Of a DNA stretch of 64,000 nucleotides, positions 9,451 through 18,569 are shown piece after piece; within the stretch, counting starts at the first letter, position 1, and every line of letters starts with the position of its first letter. The notes beneath the pieces were generated by a model. It worked only from the letters and a program-made list of their open reading frames with translations, was not told where the DNA came from and searched no databases. The position numbers and the translations under genes are program-made. Where the stretch lies: IMG/VR virus record IMGVR_UViG_3300048855_000167, positions 9,951-73,950 of that record; one strand, written 5' to 3'. This stretch comes from a virus. Lineage: Duplodnaviria > Caudoviricetes.

Positions 9451-10497
9451 TCAGGCCAATTCCATTCCGGCAGATTGGAAATCCGCTACGTTGATGCCGT
9501 GGCTACGGAAAGCATACGTACCGTCTGGCTGCTCACCGAAGGCCTGGGCCAGTCGACGGTTTATGAAGAGCCGGTTTCCTCTGAGCCGCTTCACCAGCTC
9601 AGCCTCACCTGCGAAACCATGCGCGACGGGTGCAGGGGGGCACTGATCGAGATCAGCAGCAAGCCTGGATATGTCGTCCTGGAGCCCATCAAGGAAGCTG
9701 GCCGGCCTGAAAGACGAGCGATCGACGTTCGCTACGAGGTCGGTCGCCCGAGTCCGATAGTTCGCGACGAACGACATCAGATCCTGTTCGGAGAGATTGA
9801 GCTCCGGTGAGTTAAGGTTGCACGAGATGCCTAAAGCCCCGAGGTCTCGCATGATCTTCGTTCTGTATGACTGCGACGGGAACTCAGAGAGCTTTTGGCG
9901 TAGCCCCTCCAGCCCGAGGAATGGAACATGAAGCAGGCCAAGCCCGCTGTCGGTTCTCATCGGGCGGATCTGGATCAACCGACTGTCAGCGATCGGATAC
10001 TTAGCGTTATGGTTGCCCATGACAGGCAAGATGTCCCGGAGTTTCCGGAGGTTGTAGATCAGTTTGCGGGTACTGCTGCGCCAAGTGGTGAATAGGAGCT
10101 TCCCCTGTCCGTCCAGCGGACCAGCGGATGTGGGAAAGCCATTGCGCCACCTCATGGAAGTGACGGCCGTACCGCGGTGCTCTTCCATGAAAGCTGAAAG
10201 GTCAGCCTTAGATTTGAAAGGCAGGAACTCGTCGACGTCCAGCAGGAACAGGAAGTCGAACTCCCGCTTCAGGTCCAGCTTTTTCAGGAAGTATGCAGCG
10301 AAAAGCTCTTGAGCAAAGAGACTGGCCGAAACCCTGAAGGTGTCGATGCCATCGCGGGCCAGGCCGCTCAATTGGCGGTCGCTGTTGTGGTCGATGATGA
10401 TGATCTTATCGACAAGGCGTTGATGATGAGCAATGAAGGCGGGTAGGTATCCAAATGAGTTCTTTACTTGAACGACTACGACTGCCTTCATTTCCAC
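9451..10497 (-). CDS. Glycosyltransferase family 2-like protein (moron)
   Basis: VKNSFGYLPAFIAHH...IIDHNS...FLLDVDEFL pattern of GT2 (Glyco_tranf_2_4-like) with DxD. Confidence 0.8.
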   Translation of the reverse strand: MEMKAVVVVQVKNSFGYLPAFIAHHQRLVDKIIIIDHNSDRQLSGLARDGIDTFRVSASLFAQELFAAYFLKKLDLKREFDFLFLLDVDEFLPFKSKADLSAFMEEHRGTAVTSMRWRNGFPTSAGPLDGQGKLLFTTWRSSTRKLIYNLRKLRDILPVMGNHNAKYPIADSRLIQIRPMRTDSGLGLLHVPFLGLEGLRQKLSEFPSQSYRTKIMRDLGALGISCNLNSPELNLSEQDLMSFVANYRTRATDLVANVDRSSFRPASFLDGLQDDISRLAADLDQCPPAPVAHGFAGEAELVKRLRGNRLFINRRLAQAFGEQPDGTYAFRSHGINVADFQSAGMELA

Positions 10498-11076
10498 GAC
10501 CCTTCAAACCCAAACCTGTAAAACTGCTGCAGCGCAAAAAAACGTGTCTTTATAAGCATTGCTTACACCATACTGTAGAATGTGGCGGACCCAAAGCAAG
10601 AAGCGGTTGTGCTTCCTCACCCATTATTTTTTGCAGTTTCGCCTCAAGAACCTGTTTGAGACGTCAAGGTTCCTGCCCATTGGGCGCCCTCCGTCGGGGA
10701 GGCGGCAAGAGCGGCGCGGCCGGCTGCTGTCAGTGTTGTGGTGCTCGTGTCGAAGCTGGTGTCGTGACTGGTTTGAAGCCAGCCCTTCTCTTGCAACGAT
10801 TGAAGGTGTCGTCATGCTTACCGTGCACTTCGTCCTAGCAGAACCAGGTGAGCCAATTGCCCGGATAGTCGCGGCTGTCGGTCCGGCGGCCCATCGCCGC
10901 CATGATCTGCAGGAGGATGAATTCCTTCTGCTCAAGCCCCATCGCATTCGGTGCGGGCGATGGGGCCCGTCGTAGATCAACTGCTCGGTCTATGGGGGAT
11001 TGTGAGCCATCTCTACCTGCAGCCGGGGGTAATTCTTAAGTACCTTTGCGACAAATTCCATCGGGATGCCTATTCG

Positions 11077-11562
11077 ATGTCAGGGAAAGTGGAACGAGCC
11101 GTGAAGAGCAGGAATAAGTGGGGACTGATCGGGGTCCCGCTGGGTGGGTTATGGTCGTTGGCAACGTACTTTTTTGGCGTTGGCGATGTGCCCTACTACG
11201 ATTGGAAAACGGCTAATTCAGAGATGCTCGGGATGAACATTGGAGCGCTGTTAGGGGGACCTCTGATTTTCGGCATAATCGGTTTTTTGGCCGGACTAGT
11301 TTACGACCTGTTTAAGCGACGCCGCATGCCTAGGTACTACTTCCATGTCCGAGAGGGCGGTGTCCTCGGGAAAGATCCTAAGGGAACTAAGTTTGCCAAC
11401 CTCGACGACGCCTACGATTATGCCGTCAAGGCCGCGCGGGAGGTAATTGCGGAGGTGGGTCTGGCCAACGACGTTATTGACGTGACCCGTTTCGAAATCA
11501 CCGCCGAGGACGGGACTGTGCTTCGGGAGGTGCTGTTCCGATCCGCAGTTCAGCTCGACTAG
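11077..11562 (+). CDS. Membrane protein fused in frame to a DUF6894-like domain
   Basis: Two hydrophobic segments, then KRRR, then MPRYYFHVREGG...DPKGTKFANLDDAY (DUF6894-like from 11326); start codon uncertain. Confidence 0.6.
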   Translation: MSGKVERAVKSRNKWGLIGVPLGGLWSLATYFFGVGDVPYYDWKTANSEMLGMNIGALLGGPLIFGIIGFLAGLVYDLFKRRRMPRYYFHVREGGVLGKDPKGTKFANLDDAYDYAVKAAREVIAEVGLANDVIDVTRFEITAEDGTVLREVLFRSAVQLD

Positions 11563-11640
11563 TCCGCCCGGTTTCAACTGGGGTGATGGGTCGGAAGCGA
11601 CGGCAGCGATTGTGCTGGAGACCCTGCTCAACCGGTGACG

Positions 11641-11665
11641 GGAACGTGTTTCCCTTCTGGATGTT
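11641..11665 (+). promoter_or_regulatory. Putative EcfG/RpoE2 general-stress promoter (GGAAC-N16-TGTT)
   Basis: One mismatch to GGAAC-N16/17-CGTT, about 30 nt upstream of the DUF982 gene. Confidence 0.5.
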
Positions 11666-11694
11666 GGGGAGCTCCCAAGTATGAGAGTTGGAAC

Positions 11695-11946
11695 ATGCAT
11701 GACCCTAGACGATGGCGTCGACCTGTTATCTACGAAGACGCGAGCGGCCTTGTCCGTAAAGTCAGCAGCACAGAGGAGGCGGCGGATATCCTGATTTCGT
11801 CGTGGCCGGTCAGCACTGGCAGAGAGTTCGAGAAGGCCCGTGAGATTTTCTTGCAGGTCATGAGCGGGGGACGGCCTCCGAGTGAAGCCCGGGCTGCATT
11901 TCTGCGAGCGGCGGAAGAAGCTGACCTCGATGTCAGCGGCAACTAA
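11695..11946 (+). CDS. DUF982 family protein
   Basis: WRRPV...VSSTEEAADILISSWP...AREIFLQVMSG...EARAAFLRAAEEA. Confidence 0.8.
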   Translation: MHDPRRWRRPVIYEDASGLVRKVSSTEEAADILISSWPVSTGREFEKAREIFLQVMSGGRPPSEARAAFLRAAEEADLDVSGN

Positions 11947-12054
11947 CCCGAGATACCGGTGTCCGGGTCGCCGCTCAGGCGCGGAAGTGTACGCTTCTTG
12001 ACGAACGCGCTCTGCAGCCTTGACGGTTCGCCAAACGTGTTTGAGATTTAGCTC

Positions 12055-12336
12055 ATGCGAACGTTCTATTTTCACCTGAACCACCTGAGAGAGTTCATTG
12101 CCGATCCGGACGGTTCGGAACTCCCGGATCTCGAAGCGGCGAAGTCGGAGGCCCGCCAGGGTATCCGTGACATAGCGGCTGAATGCCTTCGGGCACGTCG
12201 AGAGTTCACACTCTGGAGTGTCCGAATTTGCAACGAAGAAGGTGATTTGCTGGCCGAAGTCTTGGCTCCCGAAGCCCTTAACGAGGTGCTTACCGGCCAC
12301 ATCTTCGTGTCGTCGAACTCCGACAGTCATGTCTGA
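12055..12336 (+). CDS. DUF6894 family protein
   Basis: MRTFYFHL...DPDGSELPDLEAAKSEA. Confidence 0.8.
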   Translation: MRTFYFHLNHLREFIADPDGSELPDLEAAKSEARQGIRDIAAECLRARREFTLWSVRICNEEGDLLAEVLAPEALNEVLTGHIFVSSNSDSHV

Positions 12337-12341
12337 GCGGC

Positions 12342-12662
12342 TCATTGGCGGGCCTCCATCGCGGAGGCGGCAAGGGCGCGCGTGATCCTGTTCCAGGCAA
12401 TAGCCTCGAGGTCGATTTCACTGTCGCTTGGCTTGTTGCCGGCGGCGATCGTCACCTCGTTCAGGTGGTGCCAGTGGGCGAACTCTTTGACGGTCGTGAG
12501 GAGATCACTCGCCACATGTGCCTGGGGCGGTGGGGTGCCGCCATCCTCAATCTCCGCCAGTCGAGCAGCGGCCTCACGGCATGCGTCTCGCATATCGACC
12601 AGCTGTTTCGGGACTTTCTGTTTGTCTCCCCACCAGCGGAGTCGCTCAATCAGTGTCGGCAT
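12342..12662 (-). CDS. Hypothetical phage protein
   Basis: 106-aa ORF downstream of the clamp gene. Confidence 0.65.
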   Translation of the reverse strand: MPTLIERLRWWGDKQKVPKQLVDMRDACREAAARLAEIEDGGTPPPQAHVASDLLTTVKEFAHWHHLNEVTIAAGNKPSDSEIDLEAIAWNRITRALAASAMEARQ

Positions 12663-12695
12663 TTCGATCTTCTTTGAGTTTGTCGGATGGTCGGG

Positions 12696-13856
12696 TCAAA
12701 CCCGCATCGGCATCATGACGTAGGTGACGTCGTCATCGGCGCCGTCCTTGACGATGGCCGGGTCGCCCGGTCCTCCGAGCTCAAGCATTGCGCCGCCGTC
12801 CAGCTGCGCCAGGATCTCGAGCAGGTAGCCGGCGTTGAAGCCGATCTCGAGTGTCACGTCGTGGTCGACGGTGATTTCGGTCGATGCGTGGCCGAAGTCC
12901 GGATCGTAGCAGGTGACGGCAATCTCGCCCGGGGTCAGCGTCAGCTTTGACGATCGGCTCTTCTCGGCCGAGATGGACGAGGCCTGCTTGAGGGCGTCGA
13001 TAAAGGCTGCCGTCCGGACCGGAACCTTGTGCTCGTTCCGCGTAGGGATGACGCGCAGGTAATCCGGGAACGTGCCGTCGACCACCTTCGACTCGAGCAG
13101 CTCATCCTCACCGATGAGGAAGGACACGCCGTTGTCCGCGACCGAGACCATGATATCGGACGGGCACTCCTTCCGCTTCAGGAGGCGCAGCAGCTCGCCG
13201 ACTGTCTTCCGCGGGATGATGACGCCGTTCTCGGTCGCTTCCGCACCAGCCGGCGCCGGGATCTCGAAGCGAGCCAGGCGGTGACCGTCGGTCGCAACGA
13301 ACGCCAGCCGGTTGTCGTGAGTGAGGTGCATGAAGACGCCGTTGAGATAGTAGCGCGTCTCCTCGGTTGAGATTGCGAGCTGGATCTTCGACATTGCCTT
13401 CAGCAGTGTGGCCGCCGGCACCATGAAGCTGACGTTCGACTTGCCGAGAGCGGTTCGGAACGCGGCGTCTTCCGGAAACTCCGACCGCTCGTGCTCCTGC
13501 TTCAGGGTGAGCTTCAACTTGCCGATCGAGACAGCCAGGCTATCACCGTCCAGGGTGAAGTTGATGTTGGCTGCGTCCTTCACCTTGTCCATGATGCCCT
13601 TCAGCTTGTGGGCATCGACGATCGCGAGGAAGCCGGTGTCAGCCTTACCGGCGACCAGCGTCGTGCTGTAGAGGTCCATGTCCGTGCCGATGACGTTCAC
13701 GCCCTTGCGGTTGGAGGTGATGAGCACGGTGTTGAGGACCGGGATCGTGCTCTTCTTCTCGACCACCTTGCAGGCGTTGAGCATGGCCTTCTTGAAAACC
13801 GAATAATCGAGGGAGGCCGTCGACACAGGTGCGGCGATGATGGCGAGTGCGTTCAT
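12696..13856 (-). CDS. dnaN: Phage-encoded DNA polymerase III beta sliding clamp
   Basis: TIPVLNTVLI, GTDMD, ISTEETRYYLNG, VATDGHRLA, IIPRKTVGEL, GTFPDYLRVIP, IGFNAGYLLEIL, VMMPMRV. Confidence 0.95.
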   Translation of the reverse strand: MNALAIIAAPVSTASLDYSVFKKAMLNACKVVEKKSTIPVLNTVLITSNRKGVNVIGTDMDLYSTTLVAGKADTGFLAIVDAHKLKGIMDKVKDAANINFTLDGDSLAVSIGKLKLTLKQEHERSEFPEDAAFRTALGKSNVSFMVPAATLLKAMSKIQLAISTEETRYYLNGVFMHLTHDNRLAFVATDGHRLARFEIPAPAGAEATENGVIIPRKTVGELLRLLKRKECPSDIMVSVADNGVSFLIGEDELLESKVVDGTFPDYLRVIPTRNEHKVPVRTAAFIDALKQASSISAEKSRSSKLTLTPGEIAVTCYDPDFGHASTEITVDHDVTLEIGFNAGYLLEILAQLDGGAMLELGGPGDPAIVKDGADDDVTYVMMPMRV

Positions 13857-13862
13857 TGATAG

Positions 13863-13889
13863 TCTCCGTGGTTCGCATGATTGCGGGGG
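13863..13889 (-). promoter_or_regulatory. Start-associated hairpin motif, copy 3 (CCCC CGCA ATCA TGCG N6 GGAGA)
   Basis: Read directly, upstream of dnaN. Confidence 0.8.
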
Positions 13890-13955
13890 GCGTACCGGGG
13901 GCGATTGACTCTCTTCGCTCTCCGGTTGAGAAACATCTCAAAGAGAGGGTATTTT

Positions 13956-14276
13956 ATGCGCGCATTGTTGGTTGTTGTTTTCTTCGCAATCGCCGTCCCG
14001 GCGGCAGCATTGTCAGATCTGCAGAGGATGGAGCTAAGCCACAACCTCGGCATGACCCTTGCCTCAGAGGAACTTTGTGGTCTGCATTATGATCAGGATG
14101 CGATCGCAGCTTTCATAGAAAAGAAGGTGCCGGCAGACGATATGTCATTTGCCGGCTCGCTCAACATAATGACGATAGGTTCCGGGGTTCAGATCAAGGA
14201 AATGTCCCCGTCCTCGTTGACCGCGCACTGCGCGCAGATGAAGCGCGTGGCCAAGAGTTACGGCTTTATCAAGTGA
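13956..14276 (+). CDS. Secreted hypothetical protein (moron)
   Basis: Signal peptide MRALLVVVFFAIAVPAAA; opposite strand to its neighbours. Confidence 0.75.
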   Translation: MRALLVVVFFAIAVPAAALSDLQRMELSHNLGMTLASEELCGLHYDQDAIAAFIEKKVPADDMSFAGSLNIMTIGSGVQIKEMSPSSLTAHCAQMKRVAKSYGFIK

Positions 14277-14285
14277 CCAGGCCAC

Positions 14286-15452
14286 CTAGACGGAAATGCT
14301 GATCGGCTCACCGAACGGCAGATCCGCCGTCAACTCGTCGAACTTGCGCGGGTCGCCGTAGACCCCCCACAAAACCGGGATGTCCGGGTCGTCGCCGAAG
14401 TCGTAGACCTCCAGGTCGGTGAGGTAGATGATGAAGCGTGCATCCGGGTACCGCTCCATGATGACCCTGAAGGAGTCGCGGAATGCGGTGCCGCCGCCGC
14501 CAACCGGGCGGAGCTTGAGCTCGTCCCCGTTCTCGAACTCCTCGATCCCCTGCACCTTGGCGTCGGCGTAGATGACGGTCAGCTTGTCGACCGCGCCCTC
14601 CTGGAATGCACCGTTGATTTCCGCGGCGAACGCCTTGCAGGGGACATCGTCGAAGACGGAGCCGGAGGAGTCCTGCACGATAACGCCGTGGCTGACGCCG
14701 TCACTGATCAAGCCCGGGGTGATGTAGCCGAGCGGCAGCATGCGCCGGTTCGGCTTAGCCCAGCTGAAATCCCTGGTCATGGACTCGTCGATGAAGCGGC
14801 GGAGCACCGCGCGCCAGTCCACCTTGGGGCGGAGCAGCTCTTCCACGAGCTTCGCGATGTTGGCGGGTAGTTTGCCGGCCTGCGCTCCCTTAGCAGCCAT
14901 GGCGGCCTGCTGGATCTGCACGTTCATCTCCGCCTCGAGCTCGGCAATGGCCGACTGGTCATGCGGTGCGCAGCCGTCGAGCACACCGCCGCAACCGCCG
15001 CCGTCCATGCTGTTCTCGTCGGAGTCGTCGCCGTTGTTCTCATCGTCGAGGATTCGGTAGATTTCCTCAGCGGAGAGCCCAGTGAAACGCGGCTCAAGCA
15101 GCCCGCATTCCGGCATCTTGCCGACCTTGCACTCGACCAGTTCGCCGTTGATGGCGTAGTCGGCGGCCTTGTTCCAGCGCCCGGGCTTGCGGTGCTGCCG
15201 GCGGGTGTGATGCTTCAGCGCGTTGTGCATGACCTCGTGAGCCAGGACGAAAACCAGCTCGTCCTTCTTCAGGTCCATGACGAACGGCGTGTGGTAGTAG
15301 AGGTGGCGCCCGTCGGTCGCCATCGTGTCGATGCGCGGGTCATTGGTCGCATCGATCTTCTTCAGCTGCAGCATGAGCACGCCGAAGAACGGGTGGTCCC
15401 ATAGCAGGGCCGTCTGCGCGGCGAGGATCTTGTCTTGGACGTTCATGGTCAT
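14286..15452 (-). CDS. Putative metallopeptidase + vWA domain protein (DUF2201-like)
   Basis: TMATDGRHLYY, LAHEVMH (HExxH), PKVDWR, DSSGS MIDAS-like, GGGGTAF, YLTDL. Confidence 0.9.
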   Translation of the reverse strand: MTMNVQDKILAAQTALLWDHPFFGVLMLQLKKIDATNDPRIDTMATDGRHLYYHTPFVMDLKKDELVFVLAHEVMHNALKHHTRRQHRKPGRWNKAADYAINGELVECKVGKMPECGLLEPRFTGLSAEEIYRILDDENNGDDSDENSMDGGGCGGVLDGCAPHDQSAIAELEAEMNVQIQQAAMAAKGAQAGKLPANIAKLVEELLRPKVDWRAVLRRFIDESMTRDFSWAKPNRRMLPLGYITPGLISDGVSHGVIVQDSSGSVFDDVPCKAFAAEINGAFQEGAVDKLTVIYADAKVQGIEEFENGDELKLRPVGGGGTAFRDSFRVIMERYPDARFIIYLTDLEVYDFGDDPDIPVLWGVYGDPRKFDELTADLPFGEPISISV

Positions 15453-15751
15453 GTCCTTCGTGCATGGTTGCGGGTGATGGAGGCGGCAATGCAGTCGGCG
15501 ATCACTTCCGCCGGCAGTATTCGGTTGGCGACTTCGGCCGACAGGCTAGGACTAAAGGTCCAGTAGTCAGTGGCGAGTTTGGAAGGCACCTTCTCAAGCT
15601 CGAAGCATCTTCGCCGGATGAAATACCAGAGATAGTAGGTGCGGATGCCTCGTTTGATGCCCCATAGCTGTGCGTGAACTGACCGGTCGGGGTTATCGTC
15701 ATCGAGAGTCAGAGCCGCTAGCCACGCTTGCTTGCGGGCTTCGCTTGTCAT
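15449..15751 (-). CDS. Hypothetical phage protein
   Basis: ATGA-coupled at both ends (MTSEARKQAW...). Confidence 0.65.
   Translation of the reverse strand: MTSEARKQAWLAALTLDDDNPDRSVHAQLWGIKRGIRTYYLWYFIRRRCFELEKVPSKLATDYWTFSPSLSAEVANRILPAEVIADCIAASITRNHARRT
15462..15474 (-). promoter_or_regulatory. Start-associated hairpin motif, copy 4 (CCC GCA ACCA TGC, then AAGGA)
   Basis: Read directly, upstream of the vWA gene and inside the 3' end of the preceding ORF. Confidence 0.65.
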
Positions 15752-16029
15752 GCCGCCGGCTTCATCGACAGCCGGGTGATGTGCGCCAGCTGGTCGGGCA
15801 GCAAGGCGGCGCGAAACTCCCCAATCCTCTCGTCCGTGATGCCTCTGCCCATCTCCTTGCCGTGCCGGAACTTCACGAATTTTCGAAGGGTAAACTCTCG
15901 CACTTTCGGCTCGTAGGTGAGGCGGTACCGGCTTCGAGGATATTTGCGGGAGACGGGATCGAAATAGAAACGCACCGTCCCATCCTTCTCCTTCGACCAT
16001 GGCGCTTTGAAGCGGCCTTTGATGTCCAT
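15748..16029 (-). CDS. Hypothetical basic phage protein
   Basis: GGAGG Shine-Dalgarno; 93 aa. Confidence 0.7.
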   Translation of the reverse strand: MDIKGRFKAPWSKEKDGTVRFYFDPVSRKYPRSRYRLTYEPKVREFTLRKFVKFRHGKEMGRGITDERIGEFRAALLPDQLAHITRLSMKPAA

Positions 16030-16032
16030 GGT

Positions 16033-16302
16033 TTACCTCCTTGTGATTGCCAGCGCCGTCGCCTTCGCGATCTCGGCCGCCGAGAGTTTAGATTTCAGGA
16101 CGTTGGTGATGGTGTCGTCCATCGTTAAAGTGGTGTCGCCGTCGATAAACATCGTCGGGTGGAGGCAGTCGCCGGCCTCCGGTGAAATGCCCGCGGCGGC
16201 AAGTCCGGCCCGGTTCCGGCGCCCCTCGACTGACTGCTTGCCGGTGTGGCTCGCGGAGAACTTCCTCGCCGACGGCCCCCACACAGCCTTAAATTTAGGC
16301 AC
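16033..16302 (-). CDS. Hypothetical phage protein
   Basis: GAGG Shine-Dalgarno; coupled to upstream gene. Confidence 0.6.
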   Translation of the reverse strand: MPKFKAVWGPSARKFSASHTGKQSVEGRRNRAGLAAAGISPEAGDCLHPTMFIDGDTTLTMDDTITNVLKSKLSAAEIAKATALAITRR

Positions 16303-16663
16303 CCATCTTCCCTCCTCGGATTGAGATCGCCGTCACCTCGGCGATATCTTCGGGCCTGAGCATCGACTTGAGTGCCACTGCCACGCTGCCTTTTGGGAGC
16401 ATGCTGCGCAGGATGGCGATCGGGCGGTAAAGGTCCGCGAGATCGTTCGTGTGAACCTTGTCCCAATGGTTCACGGACAAGGCGGTCGAGGTGAATTTGC
16501 GCGTCCTCATGCTGAACGCGAGGTGATATCTGCGTAGTTCACCGGCGGCTGTCACGCCGATGAACTCCCACTTGCAGATCTCGATCACGCGGTCCGGGAA
16601 GGAGCCGGAATCACTCGTCTTGTACGAGATCGGCCCGGCAATCCAATGCAGGCCTTTATCCAA
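16295..16663 (-). CDS. Hypothetical phage protein
   Basis: Overlaps the AAA stop; 122 aa. Confidence 0.65.
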   Translation of the reverse strand: MDKGLHWIAGPISYKTSDSGSFPDRVIEICKWEFIGVTAAGELRRYHLAFSMRTRKFTSTALSVNHWDKVHTNDLADLYRPIAILRSMLPKGSVAVALKSMLRPEDIAEVTAISIRGGKMGA

Positions 16664-17663
16664 GCGTCACGTCCTGGTTCCGCACTGCCCAATCCGTGAA
16701 GGTTTGGGTGTGCGAAAGCCCTGCGTCACGGCGGACAGCGTCGACCGCGAACATGATCTCGAACTCACGGGCGGGGATGCGTCGGATGTAGGCCATGCCG
16801 TTCTCGAACGTCTTGGCATCGACGCGCCGGCCGAGCGCCGCCGAGATTGCGAACCGTGCCGAAGGATCTTCGGGAAGCGGCGCGCTGTTCGGGTTGGCAA
16901 GAACCAGGTCCAGCGAGGGGAGCTTCTGGTAAACCCGAATGAAGCCTTCCAGCTCGCCGGCCGCACCGTCGCCGACGACGCCCGAGATCAGCGACAGGCG
17001 ACGTGCCGAGTCCTTCTCGATGTATTTGGCCGCTTGCTCCCATGACCGCGGCGTCGGGAATGCACGGTCGTCGGACGACTCCGGCATCTTGTGGATGAGG
17101 TGCGGCCGGAAGCGGAGGAAGGCAATCATGATCGGGTCCATGCCGATCTTGTTGAAGTGCTCGACATGCACGTTGTCGTGGCCGGCGCTGGTGTCGGCCT
17201 CGATATCAATGTGAGCGAAGCGGTTGGCGAGTGCGGTCGGCATGCGCTGTGCTGCTGCGCGGTCCGATTGACGATTGCCGGCGGCAACCACGCGCCAGCC
17301 ATCGGGCAGCTTGTAGTCGCCGACCCTGCGATCGAGGACCAGGCCGAACATGGCGGCCATCATGGACGGCGGTGCGGCGTTGAGCTCGTCGAGGAAGAGG
17401 ATGCCTTCCGGACCGTCGCGCTCCACCTGCGGAAACTCGTCGGGCACCTTCCATTTCGTGGTGTCGCCGGAGATATCGGGAAGGCCCATGAGGGCAACCG
17501 AGTCACGGGTGGAAGCGCGGAAGTCGATCAGGCCCCACTTGCGTTCCGTCTTGATCTGCACGGTGATTGCGGACTTGCCGACGCCGGGCGGCCCCCACAT
17601 AAACGCTGGGGTATCTTCGTCGAGGTAGTCGTTCAGATTAAGAGCGGCTGTCTTAATGTGCAT
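16656..17663 (-). CDS. MoxR-like AAA+ ATPase
   Basis: WGPPGVGKS Walker A, ILFLDELNAA Walker B, VAAGNR, ALANRF, FPTPRSWE. Confidence 0.92.
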   Translation of the reverse strand: MHIKTAALNLNDYLDEDTPAFMWGPPGVGKSAITVQIKTERKWGLIDFRASTRDSVALMGLPDISGDTTKWKVPDEFPQVERDGPEGILFLDELNAAPPSMMAAMFGLVLDRRVGDYKLPDGWRVVAAGNRQSDRAAAQRMPTALANRFAHIDIEADTSAGHDNVHVEHFNKIGMDPIMIAFLRFRPHLIHKMPESSDDRAFPTPRSWEQAAKYIEKDSARRLSLISGVVGDGAAGELEGFIRVYQKLPSLDLVLANPNSAPLPEDPSARFAISAALGRRVDAKTFENGMAYIRRIPAREFEIMFAVDAVRRDAGLSHTQTFTDWAVRNQDVTLG

Positions 17664-18031
17664 TGGTCGTCTCCTTGTGTGCCATGAGTGGCGATGGTGG
17701 GAGTGATGCCGAACCGCACCTGAGTGACGGCGGCGATGTCTAGGGGCAGAAGCAGCGTGAGCGCTGCATCGGCCAGTTTTTCGCGAGGGAAGCGAGGGAA
17801 GCTTTCGCTCGGGTAGGCTGACAGGTCAGAGGGGATGCGGTAGTCGCTGAAGGGGGCGCCGGGCTTGTTGACCGGGCGACGTCTCGCCTTCAGTTCCTTG
17901 TCGTGCTTCCAGAGACCCATTTCATAGCGGTCGATGCCTGCGCCATCGTCAAGGACGAAGGCAAACCAGAACTTCAGCCGCAATCCTGTCACCTGCCTGG
18001 CATAGGGGCCGATCAGGAGTCCGGTGGGCAT
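17633..18031 (-). CDS. Hypothetical phage protein
   Basis: Start MPTG immediately after the upstream stop. Confidence 0.55.
   Translation of the reverse strand: MPTGLLIGPYARQVTGLRLKFWFAFVLDDGAGIDRYEMGLWKHDKELKARRRPVNKPGAPFSDYRIPSDLSAYPSESFPRFPREKLADAALTLLLPLDIAAVTQVRFGITPTIATHGTQGDDQCTLRQPLLI
17670..17697 (-). promoter_or_regulatory. Start-associated hairpin motif, copy 5 (CCATC GCCA CTCA TGGC N6 GGAGA)
   Basis: Read directly, upstream of the AAA gene. Confidence 0.75.
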
Positions 18032-18032
18032 G

Positions 18033-18395
18033 TCATTTCCAAATGATCTCATCCGGGAAGAGGACGGCCGGGCCGCAAATGGGCGGCAGTTCCTCGGGGT
18101 CCATCGCTGGGCGCTGGGTCATCATGTTGTTCCGGTAGATCTCGGTCGCCCTCACGTTTCGGATGTGGCGTTCGTTGATGTTGCTGGTCTCACCGACGAA
18201 CATGTCGCGGCGCTCGCCTTCGTAGAGGACGGCAACGTGCTCGACGGGCTCGTCAAACGTGTCCGGCAGGACGCGCTTGATCCAGTCGGAGATTGTCTCT
18301 CTGGTGAAGCGTGGCTCCATTTTGCGCTCTTTCGTCTCACCGAGCGCCGGGATGATCAAAGCCCGGGCAGACGTTCCTGTTCTGAGGCCGGTCAA
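18033..18395 (-). CDS. Hypothetical phage protein
   Basis: GGAGA plus in-frame TTG at 18395 (alternative ATG start MEPRF). Confidence 0.6.
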   Translation of the reverse strand: MTGLRTGTSARALIIPALGETKERKMEPRFTRETISDWIKRVLPDTFDEPVEHVAVLYEGERRDMFVGETSNINERHIRNVRATEIYRNNMMTQRPAMDPEELPPICGPAVLFPDEIIWK

Positions 18396-18421
18396 TGGGC
18401 TCTCCTTTGTGTGATTGCGAG

Positions 18422-18461
18422 AAAAAGGGCGCCTCCGATATCTCATTTCCGGAAGCGCCCT
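18422..18461 (-). terminator. Intrinsic terminator-like hairpin
   Basis: AGGGCGC...GCGCCCT stem followed by a T-run on the minus strand. Confidence 0.5.
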
Positions 18462-18569
18462 CGTTGCGGCGTTACTAGTGGACTACATGCGCGCCCTCCG
18501 TTCGTTATTGACATTCAGGGTGAGCACCCCTGCCTTCCGGTCTCCACACCTACCGGGCAGGGATCGGGG

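Noticed and set aside
9412-9810. 132-aa plus-strand ORF
   Set aside because: Lies almost wholly antisense to the well-supported GT2 gene and has no recognisable motif; treated as a shadow ORF
12003-12028. CGAAC-N18-GGTT upstream of DUF6894 at 12055
   Set aside because: Spacing and -35 element deviate too far from the EcfG consensus
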